A stretch of DNA of 54,968 nt from Pseudonocardia sp. (GCA_036009565.1 DASYLM010000348.1:1-54968), one strand, 5' to 3'; counted from the stretch's first letter, positions 19,075 through 29,337 are shown. Made by a program: numbers and translations. The notes: generated by a model not told the origin, from the letters alone.

Positions 19075-19297
19075 CCGAGCGCCTCGGCTCAGGACCACCT
19101 GGCTCAAAGACCACTCGTTAGAGCGACGCCCCGATAGCCGGACAGCAGTGCCCGGACCGGGCAAGACCCCGGCCCGCGGCACGGGGTCAACAGCGCAGGG
19201 TTGATCGAAGAGAAGAGACCGACCGGCGAACGGGGTCGGCTGATCGAGCGTGGTCCAGCGATCTTGCTGACCCGGCTGGCCGCCCGGCGACAGACTC

Positions 19298-19331
19298 GAT
19301 CTAGGGCTCGGCGTCAACCGAGCCCTAGATC
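19298..19331 (-). terminator. Hairpin terminator after whiB
   Basis: Perfect 14-bp stem GATCTAGGGCTCGG/CCGAGCCCTAGATC, 6-nt loop, overlapping the whiB stop codon; no U-tract. Confidence 0.7.
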
Positions 19332-19695
19332 AGCCAGCCCGGCGCTTGAGCCGACGGCGCTCCCGTTCGGAGAGCCCACCCCAGATGCCGAACCGTTCGT
19401 CATGAGCCAGCGCGTACTCCAAACACTGGGCACGCACCTCACACCCCGTGCAGATCCGCTTAGCCTCCCGAGTCGACCCGCCCTTTTCCGGGAAGAACGC
19501 CTCTGGGTCTGTCTCCGCGCACAGCGCGCGGTCCTGCCAATCATCTTCGTCCGCGTCCTCGACGATCTCGAGCATCTCGAACGCTTCCACTCTTGGCAGC
19601 AAGTCGGATCCTTCGGGGCCGGCCCCGTCATCCTGCTCGCTGCGGCCTGCCGCCCCGACGATCACATTCACCCGCCCATCTTCAGCGTCGGCCAT
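19330..19695 (-). CDS. whiB: WhiB/WhiB2 (WhmD) Fe-S transcription factor
   Basis: WQDRALCAETDPEAFFPEKGGSTREAKRICTGCEVRAQCLEYALAHDERFGIWGGLSERERRRLK; start uncertain. Confidence 0.95.
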   Translation of the reverse strand: MADAEDGRVNVIVGAAGRSEQDDGAGPEGSDLLPRVEAFEMLEIVEDADEDDWQDRALCAETDPEAFFPEKGGSTREAKRICTGCEVRAQCLEYALAHDERFGIWGGLSERERRRLKRRAG

Positions 19696-19779
19696 CGCAC
19701 GCCCGCCTTCCCCCAGAACACCTCGCCCGTGAATCCCCACTCAGGAGCTCGGCCCCCAGGTTCGGCGCGGCCGCCGAAT

Positions 19780-19820
19780 GACACCACTGTGATTACACCG
19801 GGGGGATTCTAATAGGTCAA
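19780..19820 (-). promoter_or_regulatory. whiB promoter: TTGACC-N17-TGTAAT with a nearby GACAC motif
   Basis: Minus strand -35 at 19820-19815 and -10 at 19797-19792; GACAC at 19780-19784. Confidence 0.65.
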
Positions 19821-19859
19821 GTCGGAGGCACCGAATGCGGAGGGCAATTCGCCCGGTTG

Positions 19860-20642
19860 ATGGTTGATCGGCACACTGGAGAGGTGCCGCACCAGCAGCT
19901 CCGCTCCCCGGTCAGCCCGATCTTCCTACTACTTCTCGCGGTCACCGTGTGTGGTGGAGCGCTCGCCACCGGCCAGACCGACCTCTTGATCACGGCAGGC
20001 GTGGTGCTGCTGGTGCTCGGGGGGTGGGCGGTGTCGTTGTGTCTACACGAGTTCGGGCACGCGGCGGTGGCCTACCGGGGCGGCGACACCTCGGTCGCCA
20101 ATAAGGGGTACCTGACCCTCGACATCCGCCGCTACCTCAACCCGATGCTCTCCTTCGGACTACCGCTGATCTTCTTGATCGCCGGCGGCATCCCTCTGCC
20201 GGGTGGTGCGGTCTGGATCAACAACTGGGCGATCCCCTCCCGTCCGATCCGGAGCATGGTTTCGCTGGCAGGGCCCTTGATCAACCTTGTACTGGGGATC
20301 ATGTTGGCGGCCAGCGTGCAACTCGTCGCGATGCCGGTGGGTCTGCTCGTCGGCCTGTCCTACCTCGCCCTGGTCCAGGTGCTGGCATTCCTGCTCAACA
20401 TCCTCCCGGTGCCCGGCCTGGACGGCTTCGGCGTGATCGAGCCGTACCTGTCGGACCAGACCCGGGCGGCCGCGGACAAGATCCGGCCGTGGGCGCCGCT
20501 GGTGTTCTTCGTCTTGCTGATCGGCGTCCCCGGGGTCTCCTCGGTGCTCTTCGAGGTGGGGTCGGTACTCTTCTCCTGGGTCGGCGGCAGCACCCAGGCC
20601 GCCTCCGTTGGTTACTCTCAGTTCCTGTTCTGGCGCCGGTGA
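19860..20642 (+). CDS. Site-2 protease (M50) family membrane metalloprotease
   Basis: LHEFGH, SLAGPLIN, NILPVPGLDG. Confidence 0.9.
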   Translation: MVDRHTGEVPHQQLRSPVSPIFLLLLAVTVCGGALATGQTDLLITAGVVLLVLGGWAVSLCLHEFGHAAVAYRGGDTSVANKGYLTLDIRRYLNPMLSFGLPLIFLIAGGIPLPGGAVWINNWAIPSRPIRSMVSLAGPLINLVLGIMLAASVQLVAMPVGLLVGLSYLALVQVLAFLLNILPVPGLDGFGVIEPYLSDQTRAAADKIRPWAPLVFFVLLIGVPGVSSVLFEVGSVLFSWVGGSTQAASVGYSQFLFWRR

Positions 20643-20747
20643 GGCCGGATCGCCAGGTGCCGCCAGCCGTTGATCATTATTTCTGAAGGCGCTCGCCGGT
20701 AATTGAGGACGACATTTCCGGAATTTGGCCAGAATCCGCGCAAGCGG

Positions 20748-21308
20748 TTATCGCGGGCCCGATCGCGGCGACATCCGAGTTCTCGCCAGGTGGACCAACT
20801 CGGGGATCGCGTCGACATCGGTCGGCAACTGGTCCACCGGCCACCAACGCAGGTCCAACGACTCCTCGCTGATCCGCTCCACGGCCCCCTCCGGCGCCCT
20901 CGCCACGTACCGGACATCAAAATGTCGGGTCGGCAGCCCCAGCGAGCAGGTGATCGGGTGCACGTCCAGCTGCAGCGGCTCGGGTTCCAGGTACAGACCG
21001 TCGATGCCGGACTCCTCGGTCGCCTCGCGCAGCGCCGCCGCGGCCAGCGTGGCGTCGTCCGGCTCACAGTGCCCACCGAGCTGGATCCACCGCCCGACCC
21101 TCGGGTGCAGGGTGAGCAGCACATGGCGCTCGTCGTGGTCCAGCAGCAGCGCCGAGGCGGTCAGGTGACCCGGCTCGCAGGCGCGCAGGCAGGCGTCCTC
21201 CGGCCGGGCCGCCAGGAAGCCGAGGAACGCCTCCCGCAGCGACAGCTGGCAGGCCTCGGTCGGTCGCCAGGCCCGCAACGCGGCCGAGGCGGACTGTGAC
21301 GTCACCAT
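20748..21308 (-). CDS. NUDIX hydrolase
   Basis: [32 protein letters not shown] Nudix box. Confidence 0.9.
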   Translation of the reverse strand: MVTSQSASAALRAWRPTEACQLSLREAFLGFLAARPEDACLRACEPGHLTASALLLDHDERHVLLTLHPRVGRWIQLGGHCEPDDATLAAAALREATEESGIDGLYLEPEPLQLDVHPITCSLGLPTRHFDVRYVARAPEGAVERISEESLDLRWWPVDQLPTDVDAIPELVHLARTRMSPRSGPR

Positions 21309-22690
21309 TCGAGCAGTCCGGCGGCCGGGTCCACCGGCGGGCGCGGCGCCGCGGGGGCGGCCGGGTAGCCGACCGCGACGGCACCGAGCGGGCGCCAGCC
21401 GGTCGGCAGGTGGAGCACCGCGCGCACCGTCTCCTCGGCGAAGATCGTCGAGCCGATCCAGCAGGAGCCGAGGCCCTCGGCGGCCAGCGCGACCAGCAGG
21501 CCCTGCACCGCGGCGCCGCCGGCCACGGTGAACATGGTCTGCTCCGCGGCCCGCCGGGGCTGGTCCGGGTAGTCCTGCGCGCCCTCAGGCACCAGGAACG
21601 GCAACACCAGCTCCGGCGCCCGGCGCAGGATGTCGCCGCGGGCCAGCCGGCGCTCGATCTCCTCGGCGGGTCGGCCGTCAGCGGTCAGGTCGGCCCGCCA
21701 CCGGTCGGCCATCGCGTCCAGCAGCTCGGTGCGCCGGGCCGGGTCGCGTAGCCAGCCGAACCGGAACGGGGTGGTGTGGTGTGGCGCGGGCGCGGTCAGC
21801 GCGGCGGCGACCGCCCGACGGATCGCGGCCGGCTCGACCGCGTCCCCGGCGACGAACTCGCGCACCGAGCGCCGCGCCGCCACAGCCTCCCGCCGGCCCT
21901 GGGCCAGCGCTTCCTCGGTGCCCAGCCAGAACAGGTCCTCGTGCAGCGGGCGCACCAGGTCGGCCGCGGTCGAGCCGTCGTCGGCCAGCCCGCCGAGCCC
22001 GCGCAGCACAGCCACCGGGACACCGCCGAGCTTGCCCTTCACCAGGTCGGCCGCGCCGGCGATCTCATCGGCCAGCGCGACCTCGGTGACGATCAGTTCG
22101 TTGCCCTGTGCGTCGTGCGCCCCGGCGTAGCGGTGCAGCACCGGCAGCCCGGCCGAGCCGATCGCCACGTCGGTCTGGCCGACCCGCCAGGTCCGCCCCA
22201 TCGTGTCGGTGATCACCACCGCGACGGTGACGCCGAGGACCTCACGCAGCCGGTTGCGCAGCCGGGCGGCCGAGCTGTCCGGGTCGACGGGCAGCAGCGC
22301 GAGCTCGTCGGCGGCCACGTTCGACGCGTCCACGCCGGCGGCCGCCTGCACCAGGCCGATCTTGTTCGCCACGATCAGGGTGCGGCCTCTGCGGGCGAGC
22401 ACCCGCTCGGTCTCGGCGGCCACCAGCTCGCGGCGGCGGGTGTCCCGTTCCACCGGGTCCGTCGGCGCGGCCACCAGCCGGCCCTCCACCTTGGAGACGA
22501 CCTTGCTGGTCACCACCAGTACGTCACCGTCGAGGAGGTCCGGCGCGGCCGCGGCGATCGCGGTGGCCAGGTCGTCGCCGGGTCGGAACTCCGGCAGCCC
22601 GGTGAGCGGGCGCAGCTCCAACAGCGCGGACGCGTGGTCGACCGGCACGCCGCTGGGCGCCGGTCCCGGGGCGCCGTGCTGCTCAGGCAC
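21302..22690 (-). CDS. fbiB: Coenzyme F420-0:L-glutamate ligase with C-terminal nitroreductase domain
   Basis: [43 protein letters not shown]. Confidence 0.93.
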   Translation of the reverse strand: MPEQHGAPGPAPSGVPVDHASALLELRPLTGLPEFRPGDDLATAIAAAAPDLLDGDVLVVTSKVVSKVEGRLVAAPTDPVERDTRRRELVAAETERVLARRGRTLIVANKIGLVQAAAGVDASNVAADELALLPVDPDSSAARLRNRLREVLGVTVAVVITDTMGRTWRVGQTDVAIGSAGLPVLHRYAGAHDAQGNELIVTEVALADEIAGAADLVKGKLGGVPVAVLRGLGGLADDGSTAADLVRPLHEDLFWLGTEEALAQGRREAVAARRSVREFVAGDAVEPAAIRRAVAAALTAPAPHHTTPFRFGWLRDPARRTELLDAMADRWRADLTADGRPAEEIERRLARGDILRRAPELVLPFLVPEGAQDYPDQPRRAAEQTMFTVAGGAAVQGLLVALAAEGLGSCWIGSTIFAEETVRAVLHLPTGWRPLGAVAVGYPAAPAAPRPPVDPAAGLLEW

Positions 22691-23705
22691 CGCCGACCCC
22701 AGCCAGGTCGAGCGCGTGCCTGGCCATCTTGGCGGTCGCGTTCACGTCGGTCATCAGCAGCGGGACCGCGCGCACCGCCACGCCCTCCACGTCCGCCCAG
22801 TCGGACTCGTGCACCAGCCAGCCGTCCAGCAGCCCGCCGGCCGCACGGGCGCCGTAGTGCCGCCCGACGGCCTGCGCGGTGGTATCCACCCCGATCGCCT
22901 CCAGGCAGGCGTCCGCCATGCCGCGTACCGGGCGGCCACCCACGATGGGCGACAGGCCGATCACCGGGGCCGGACCCGCGCGCAGCGCGTCGCCGACACC
23001 GGGCACGGCCAGGATGGCGCCGATGCTGACCACCGGGTTGGACGGGGCGAGCAGCACCACGTCCGCCTCGGCGATCGCCTCGAGGACCCCGGGCGCCGGA
23101 GTGGCCTCCTCCGCGCCGACCGAGGCGAACCGGTGTGCCTTGGGCACCGCGCGGTGCCGCACCCACCCCTCCTGGAAGTGGATGGCCTGCTGGGCGGGCT
23201 GGGCGGGCTGATCAGCGCCGGCGGGCTGGGCGGCACCGGCGGGCCGGTCGGCCGGCGCGTCGATCACCACGTGCGTCTCCACCCGGTCGTCGCTGGCCGG
23301 CAGCATCCGGACGCCGGGCTGCCACCGGTCACACAGCGCCTCGGTGACCGCGGAGAGCGGGTAGCCCGCGCGCAGCATCCGGGTGCGGATCAGGTGCGTC
23401 GCCACGTCCCGGTCGCCGAGGCCGAACCAGCTCGGCTCCGCCCCGTAGGCCTTCAGCTCCTCGCCGACCGTCCAGGTCTCGCCGGCCCGGCCCCAGCCGC
23501 GTTCGGTGTCGATGCCACCGCCGAGGGTGTACATGCAGGTATCCAGGTCGGGGCAGATCCGCAGCCCGTGCAACCAGATGTCATCGCCGACGTTGACCAC
23601 GGCGGTGATCCGGTGCACGTCACTACCCGGAATGCCGAGCGCGGCCTTCAACCCGAGCAGGAAACGCGCGCCGCCGACGCCGCCCACGAGCGCCACAACC
23701 TTCAT
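22683..23705 (-). CDS. fbiA: 2-phospho-L-lactate transferase CofD/FbiA
   Basis: [36 protein letters not shown]. Confidence 0.95.
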   Translation of the reverse strand: MKVVALVGGVGGARFLLGLKAALGIPGSDVHRITAVVNVGDDIWLHGLRICPDLDTCMYTLGGGIDTERGWGRAGETWTVGEELKAYGAEPSWFGLGDRDVATHLIRTRMLRAGYPLSAVTEALCDRWQPGVRMLPASDDRVETHVVIDAPADRPAGAAQPAGADQPAQPAQQAIHFQEGWVRHRAVPKAHRFASVGAEEATPAPGVLEAIAEADVVLLAPSNPVVSIGAILAVPGVGDALRAGPAPVIGLSPIVGGRPVRGMADACLEAIGVDTTAQAVGRHYGARAAGGLLDGWLVHESDWADVEGVAVRAVPLLMTDVNATAKMARHALDLAGVGGA

Positions 23706-23772
23706 GGCTGTCAACCCTACGTCGCCGACGGTGGTGAGGAATCCGGGCGCGGGTAGCTGTGTTGGCGCTTAC

Positions 23773-24131
23773 CTGGAGATCGGCACCGTGCTCGCCCCGT
23801 ACTCGGGCGAGAGCACCAAGGACCAGACGAACCTGGTGGACTCCACCATCGCCCAGGCGGGCACCGCGATCGAGCTCGGCATCAGGTCGGGGTGGTTCGG
23901 CCAGCGGTTCGACTACGACTCGGTCGCGCTCGCCGCGCTGGTCGGCCGGGCGGTGCCCGGCCTGCGGGTCGGCACCTCGGCGGTGTGATCGGGTCGGCGG
24001 AGCACCTGACCGAGCAGATCCACCGGTACTTCGAGGCCGGCGCCACCGAGGTGGTGGTCTGCCAGACCGAGTTCGCCGGCACCGACGACCAGCTGCGCAC
24101 CTGGCAACTCCTCGGCGAGCTCTCCCGCTAG
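23773..24131 (+). pseudogene. Internally deleted F420-dependent LLM-class oxidoreductase remnant
   Basis: N-terminal part (..WFGQRFDYDSVALAALVGRAVPGLRVGTSAV*) joined out of frame at ~23985 to a C-terminal part (VIGSAEHLTEQIHRYFEAGATE..RTWQLLGEL*). Confidence 0.7.
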
Positions 24132-24181
24132 TCGGGCGCCCCGGCACACTGAGTCGGGCGTCCCAGCACCCGGGGTCGGGC
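24130..24181. repeat. 22-bp-period direct repeat (A/G)GTCGGGC..GCAC x2.4 between convergent ends
   Basis: (A/G)GTCGGGC at 24130, 24152, 24174. Confidence 0.7.
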
Positions 24182-24188
24182 CGGCGGG

Positions 24189-25214
24189 CTACATCGCGCG
24201 GTAGTCCTTGGCGGCGAACCTCGGCCCGAACCGGGGCCGGCGGAAGCCGGAGGCCTCGATGTAGCGCACCGCCCGCTGCCGCTGCGGGGCGTACGGGGCC
24301 AGCACGGCGAGCATGCCGGCATCGTCCAGCGGCCGGCCGAGCAGCGCCCAGCCGACCACGCTCGGGATGTGGAAGTCGCCGACGCTCACCGCGTCCGGGT
24401 CGCCCCAGGCCCGCTGGGCCACCTCGGCGGCGGTCCACACCCCGATCCCGGGCACCAGCCGCAGCAGCTCACGCCCCGCTGTGCCGCCCAGCACCGCCGC
24501 CCGCTCCAACCGGTGCGCCACCGCGGCGGACGCCAGCAGCGCGCGCCGGCGGGCCGAGTCCACCCCGGCGCGGTGCCACTCCCAGTCCGGGATGCCCCGC
24601 ACGGCGGCCGGTGTCGGCGGCACCCACATCTTCGGCATGTCGGCCGGGCCCGGTGCCCTGGTCCCGAACCGCCAGCACAGCTCCCGCCAGGACCGGCGCG
24701 CCTCCACCCCGGTGACCTTCTGCTCGAGCACGGCCGGCAGCAGGATGTCCCACACCCGGCCGGTGGCGCCGAGGCGCAGGTTGGGCAGCCGGCGCCGGGT
24801 CTCCTCGATCAGCGGGTGGTGTGCCACGAACCCGGTGTCGTCGTCGGCCGCGCCGAGCAGCGCGGGCAGCCCGTCGAGCATGATCGACGCGCCCGGGCCC
24901 CAGCCGGTGGCCTCGACGGCGCCGTCGGGCGACCGGCGGATCGCCATGGTGGCCGGCCCGTCGGCGGTCGTGCCGGTCCGCCAGCAGGTACCCAGCTCCG
25001 GGTCGATCCGCAGTGTCGGGTCGCCCCGGCCCCGGCGCAGCGGCCCCAGCGACCCGAGCAGGTCGAGCTCGAAGTCCGGTCGCCACCGCCGGGTCACCGC
25101 CGGCGAGTCAGCACCGGACGAGTCAGCACCGGACGGGTCGGCACCGCGCGGCGGGTCGGCACCGGGCGAGCCGGCACCGGGCGCGTCGGCAGCGGACTGC
25201 GGGTCGGAGCTCAC
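24189..25214 (-). CDS. DNA-3-methyladenine glycosylase family protein (HhH-GPD)
   Basis: AVLEQKVTG, LVPGIGVWTAAEV, GDPDAVSVGDFH; GTGA overlap with upstream gene. Confidence 0.88.
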   Translation of the reverse strand: MSSDPQSAADAPGAGSPGADPPRGADPSGADSSGADSPAVTRRWRPDFELDLLGSLGPLRRGRGDPTLRIDPELGTCWRTGTTADGPATMAIRRSPDGAVEATGWGPGASIMLDGLPALLGAADDDTGFVAHHPLIEETRRRLPNLRLGATGRVWDILLPAVLEQKVTGVEARRSWRELCWRFGTRAPGPADMPKMWVPPTPAAVRGIPDWEWHRAGVDSARRRALLASAAVAHRLERAAVLGGTAGRELLRLVPGIGVWTAAEVAQRAWGDPDAVSVGDFHIPSVVGWALLGRPLDDAGMLAVLAPYAPQRQRAVRYIEASGFRRPRFGPRFAAKDYRAM

Positions 25215-26281
25215 ACCCCGGCGGAGAACCGCACGCCGCCGGCCGGCAGCACCACGTCCGGCCACACCCGCATCCCGTCCCGCAGCTCGCACCGCTCGCC
25301 GACCACCGCCCGGTCCCCGATCACCGAGTCGGACACGGTCGCACCGGCCTCCACGCGGGCACCGGCGCCCAGGACCGACCGCTCCACCACGGCGCCCTCG
25401 CCGACCACCGCGCCGTCGAACAGCAGCGCACCGTCCAGCCGGGCGCCGGCACCGACCACCGCGCCGACGCCGACCGTCGAGCCGCCGAGCAGCGTCGCGT
25501 CCGGGGCGACCGTGGCTTCCTTGAGTATCAGCGCCTGGCCGATCGGGCCGGGCAGCGCGTCCGACGGCGCCCGGCCGAGCACCAGGTCGGCGGAGCCGTC
25601 GACCAGATCGAACGGGGTGCCGAGATCACGCCAGTAAGTCGCGTCCACGTGACCGGAGACGCGCGCGCCGGCCTCCAGCAGGCCAGGGAACGTCTCCCGC
25701 TCCACCGATACCGGGCGCCCGGCCGGGATGGAGTCGATGACCTCGCGGCGGAAGACGTAACAGCCGGCGTTGATCTGATCCGTCGGCGGGTCGTCGGTCT
25801 TCTCCAGGAAGGCCTGCACCCGGCCGTCGGCGTCGGTCGGCACACAGCCGAACGCCCTGGGGTCGGGCACCCGGACCAGGTGCAGGGTGACGTCCGCCTC
25901 GGTCTCCCGGTGGGTGCCGACCACGGCGGCGAGGTCGGTGCCGGCGAGCACGTCGCTGTTGAACACCATGACCTCGGAGCCGCGCAGGTAGGGCGCCACG
26001 TTGCGGATGCCGCCACCGGTGCCCAGCGGTTCGGTCTCCACCACGTACTCCAGCTCGAGGCCCACTGCCGAGCCGTCGCCGAAGTGGCTCGCAAAGGTCT
26101 CGGCCAGGTAGGACGTACCCAGCACCACGTGCCGGATCCCGACGGCCTGGATCCGCGACAGCAGGTGAGCCAGCATCGGCACCCCGGCCGTGGGCAGCAT
26201 CGGCTTGGCGGTGGACAGTGTGAGCGGCCGCAGCCGGGTGCCCTTGCCCCCGACGAGTACCACCGCATCAACATCGCTCAT
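25211..26281 (-). CDS. manC: Mannose-1-phosphate guanylyltransferase (NDP-sugar synthase, Rv3264c type)
   Basis: VGGKGTRLRPLT..KPMLP, EPLGTGG, FLEK, INAGCY, WRDLGTP; C-terminal hexapeptide repeats. Confidence 0.9.
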   Translation of the reverse strand: MSDVDAVVLVGGKGTRLRPLTLSTAKPMLPTAGVPMLAHLLSRIQAVGIRHVVLGTSYLAETFASHFGDGSAVGLELEYVVETEPLGTGGGIRNVAPYLRGSEVMVFNSDVLAGTDLAAVVGTHRETEADVTLHLVRVPDPRAFGCVPTDADGRVQAFLEKTDDPPTDQINAGCYVFRREVIDSIPAGRPVSVERETFPGLLEAGARVSGHVDATYWRDLGTPFDLVDGSADLVLGRAPSDALPGPIGQALILKEATVAPDATLLGGSTVGVGAVVGAGARLDGALLFDGAVVGEGAVVERSVLGAGARVEAGATVSDSVIGDRAVVGERCELRDGMRVWPDVVLPAGGVRFSAGV

Positions 26282-26318
26282 GGTCACGTTACTGAACGCT
26301 ACCCGGCCGGCCGGGCAC

Positions 26319-26948
26319 TCATCCTGGCGGCCGAATCATGCCGAGATAGCTGGGCCCGTCCCGGCGCGCCCGGAACATCGGCGGCTGGACCCGGAACCCG
26401 AACCGCTCGTAGTACGGCACGTTGGTCGGGTCCGAGGTGTGCAGCCGGCACCGGGCGCCCTCCTCGTCCGCCCTGGCCAGCACCGGCGCCAGCAACAGCG
26501 CACCGACGCCCCGGCGGCGTGCCCTCGGGTGTACCCCCATGGCCCGCAGGTACCAGTCCAGCTCGCCGGTCCGCTTCGGCGACAGGTCGCGGGCCAGCCG
26601 GGCGGACACCGAGGCGTAGCGCGGGAACGCGGCGGGGGCCGCGAACGCCGCACGGGCCAGCGCCGGCGTCTGCAGCGCGAACCTGACCATGGAGAGCGGG
26701 TACATGCCGGGCGGCAGCCACAGCGCCACCCCGACCGCGCCGACGCCGTCCTTGGCCAGCACCGCGCCGCCGCACCGGGCCGCGTCCTGGGCACTCGCGG
26801 TGAGGAGCGCACGCAGCACTCGGGCCCGGACCCCGGAGTCCGGCCACAGTGCCCGGAACGCCGGGTCCGCGCTGTAGCTGGCGGCCAGCAGCCAGCCGAC
26901 CGTCCGGGCGTCCTGGCCGAGTAGCGGCTCGATCCGTGCGGTCATCAT
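26319..26948 (-). CDS. GNAT family N-acetyltransferase
   Basis: WYLRAMGVHPRARRRGVGALLL, NVPYYERFGF. Confidence 0.85.
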   Translation of the reverse strand: MMTARIEPLLGQDARTVGWLLAASYSADPAFRALWPDSGVRARVLRALLTASAQDAARCGGAVLAKDGVGAVGVALWLPPGMYPLSMVRFALQTPALARAAFAAPAAFPRYASVSARLARDLSPKRTGELDWYLRAMGVHPRARRRGVGALLLAPVLARADEEGARCRLHTSDPTNVPYYERFGFRVQPPMFRARRDGPSYLGMIRPPG

Positions 26949-26973
26949 CAGACCCACTCTGAGCGCGCCACGG

Positions 26974-27897
26974 TCAACGGCTGGCCTTGCGCACCGCGAG
27001 TGCCGAACGGGTGCCGAGGCCGGCCCGCAGCGCCAGCCGCACCGGCGCCCAGCCCGGCCCCGGGTAGTGGTCGGCCAGGTAGCGGTACGCGCTGCGGTGG
27101 TGCTCGGCCAGCATCCGGGCGGAGACGTCGGAGTTCGCCGTGGTCGCGTGCCCACCGGTGTGCACCACCTGGGCGGACGGCACGTACCGGTTGCGCCAGC
27201 CGGCCTTGGTCAGCCGCTCTCCGAGGTCGACGTCCTCGAAGTACATGAAGTAGCGCGAGTCGAAGCCCCCCACCGAGTCGAACGCCGCGCGGCGCAGCAG
27301 CAGGCAGGACCCGGACAGCCACTCCGCGTCCCGCTCCTCGACGCACGCCTCGGACTGCCGGTAGGCCTGGGTCCACGGGTTGGCCGGCCAGACCGTGCCG
27401 AACACCGCGTGCCCGGCGCCCCGCCCCAGTGAGGGGAGCAGCCGGGCGGACGGGTAGACCGCGCCGGCGGGCTCCCTGATCAGGGGCCCGAGCGCGCCGG
27501 CCCTCGGGGTCCGCGCACCGGCGGCCAACAGCTCGTCCAGCGACCCGGGCGTCCAGACCAGGTCCGGGTTGGCCACCACCACCCAGCCCACCTCGGGCCC
27601 GAGTCCGGCCACGCCGCGGTTGGCGCCGCTGCCGTAACCGATGTTCTCGCCGATCCGCAGCAGCTCGACGCCGTCCCGCTCGGCGGCCGCGCGCTCCGGG
27701 GCACCGTCCACCGAGCCGTTGTCCGCCATGATCACGGTGTACGGGCGGGTGGTGGCCGAGCGCAGCGAGTCGAGGAATGCGGTGAGCGAGTCACCGGGCG
27801 AGTAGGTGACGGTGACCACCGCCAGCTGGTCACCGTAGGACGCCGGCTCGCCGGGCGGCGGCTCGACCGAGGGGGGTTCCCCGGAGGACTGCGACAT
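26974..27897 (-). CDS. wbbL: GT2 rhamnosyltransferase WbbL
   Basis: VTVTYSPG, ADNGSVDG, ANPD, WLSGSCLL, FDSRYFMYFEDVDLG; synteny. Confidence 0.88.
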   Translation of the reverse strand: MSQSSGEPPSVEPPPGEPASYGDQLAVVTVTYSPGDSLTAFLDSLRSATTRPYTVIMADNGSVDGAPERAAAERDGVELLRIGENIGYGSGANRGVAGLGPEVGWVVVANPDLVWTPGSLDELLAAGARTPRAGALGPLIREPAGAVYPSARLLPSLGRGAGHAVFGTVWPANPWTQAYRQSEACVEERDAEWLSGSCLLLRRAAFDSVGGFDSRYFMYFEDVDLGERLTKAGWRNRYVPSAQVVHTGGHATTANSDVSARMLAEHHRSAYRYLADHYPGPGWAPVRLALRAGLGTRSALAVRKASR

Positions 27898-27944
27898 GGG
27901 CGGGGATCGTAGCCCCAGCGCCGAGTCGGACCGCGGGCCCGCGG

Positions 27945-28925
27945 TCAGTCGTCCTGCGGATCGCCGTCCAGCTCCTCCAGTACGGCGGCCGCCTCCGGAC
28001 TGCCCCAGTGCGCCGCGTGCAACAGGTACGCCCTGGCCTCCGCCGGGCGCCCCACATCGGCCAGGAACTGCCCGAAAGCCAGCGCCCAGCCCGTTTCCTG
28101 GTCGCGCTCGGCGGCCTCCAGCTCGCGCTCGGCGGCGCCCAGGTCGTCCCGGACCTCCTGCAGGAACAGCGCGTACTCGATGTGCCCCCGGTGCGCACCG
28201 AGCTCAGCGGCGCGCCGGTACAGCTTCTCGGCGTCGTCGAAGCGGCGGGTGGCGGTGCGGATGAAGGCCAGCCCCAGCAGGGTGCTCGGGCGGGACTCGT
28301 CGGCCCAGTACTCCGCGGTGCGGATCGCCGGGCGCGGGTCGTCCAGGTGCTCCCACTGCACCTCGACGAGGTTGACCGGCGCGAGCAGGTGGCCCGCCTC
28401 GGCGGCCCGGCGCAGCATGAGCGTCGACTCGCTGTACCGGCCTCGGTGGCGCAGGAAGACCCCGAAGGTGTTCATCGCCTCGACGTCGCCGCCGTTCACC
28501 GCGACCCGGTAGGCGTCCTCGGCCCGGTCCACGTCCCCGGTACCGGCGAGCGCGTCGGCCAGCAGCAGCGCCAGGTCGGTCCGGCCGGCCTTGACCCGGG
28601 GCAGCAGCAGGTCGACGGCCTCGAAGTGAAATCCGCGGTCCAGGTAGGCCCTGGCGAGCAGGGCGGCCGCGGCGGGTTCGCGGGCGGCGACCGCCTGGCG
28701 CAGCACCGCGATGGCCTCGTCGTGCCGATCTTCCTCGTCATCGAGGAGGCGCTGGCCACGGGCGGTCAGCGCGCCGTCGGACTGACCGCCAGGCAAGTGC
28801 CCGGTCGGCACGTTCCCGCCCGGTGTGTTCCCGCCCGGCGTGTTTTGGCCCGGCGGGGTCCCGGCCGGCGGCCGCTCGTCCGGCACCGACTCGTCGAGTA
28901 CGCGTTTGTCGGACACCCGCACCAT
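27945..28925 (-). CDS. TPR/Sel1-like repeat protein
   Basis: Repeated A..(L/Y)RRAAEAG/ELG helical motifs; low-complexity N-terminus. Confidence 0.7.
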   Translation of the reverse strand: MVRVSDKRVLDESVPDERPPAGTPPGQNTPGGNTPGGNVPTGHLPGGQSDGALTARGQRLLDDEEDRHDEAIAVLRQAVAAREPAAAALLARAYLDRGFHFEAVDLLLPRVKAGRTDLALLLADALAGTGDVDRAEDAYRVAVNGGDVEAMNTFGVFLRHRGRYSESTLMLRRAAEAGHLLAPVNLVEVQWEHLDDPRPAIRTAEYWADESRPSTLLGLAFIRTATRRFDDAEKLYRRAAELGAHRGHIEYALFLQEVRDDLGAAERELEAAERDQETGWALAFGQFLADVGRPAEARAYLLHAAHWGSPEAAAVLEELDGDPQDD

Positions 28926-29030
28926 TGTGGCGGGCGCGGATAACAGTTATATCACCCAGCGGCGAGCGGTCCGAGAGGTCCGAGACCCTCGCCGCGCATC
29001 GGATCGGCCCTGGTCAGCAGGCCGGTCGAC

Positions 29031-29243
29031 TCAGAAGCGCGGACCGATCCGGCTGTCCTCGGCGGACGTGGTCAGTGGCCAGTAGGTCCACTCGCCGGTG
29101 TTCGACAGCTCGCGCTCCGCCGAGTGCGCGACCTCCAGCCGGGTCAGCCGCGCGTGCAGCCGCTTGCTCTCCCGGCAGGCATCCATTCCCAGCCAGAGGG
29201 CCACCGCCACCAGAAGGCTGAGCAGAACCCATTCGAGACCCAT
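29031..29243 (-). CDS. Small hypothetical membrane protein
   Basis: 70 aa, N-terminal hydrophobic helix; fills the intergenic gap. Confidence 0.55.
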   Translation of the reverse strand: MGLEWVLLSLLVAVALWLGMDACRESKRLHARLTRLEVAHSAERELSNTGEWTYWPLTTSAEDSRIGPRF

Positions 29244-29337
29244 ACATCGCCAACGACGACGAACGTGCAGCGGTGTGCGGTGAACGACACTTCACCCGCA
29301 TGGAGTAGTGGATCGGGGCCGTTGGCGCAAGTTTACG

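Noticed and set aside
19018-19317. 99-aa ORF between zincin and whiB
   Set aside because: No SD or motif, atypical composition, starts inside the terminator hairpin
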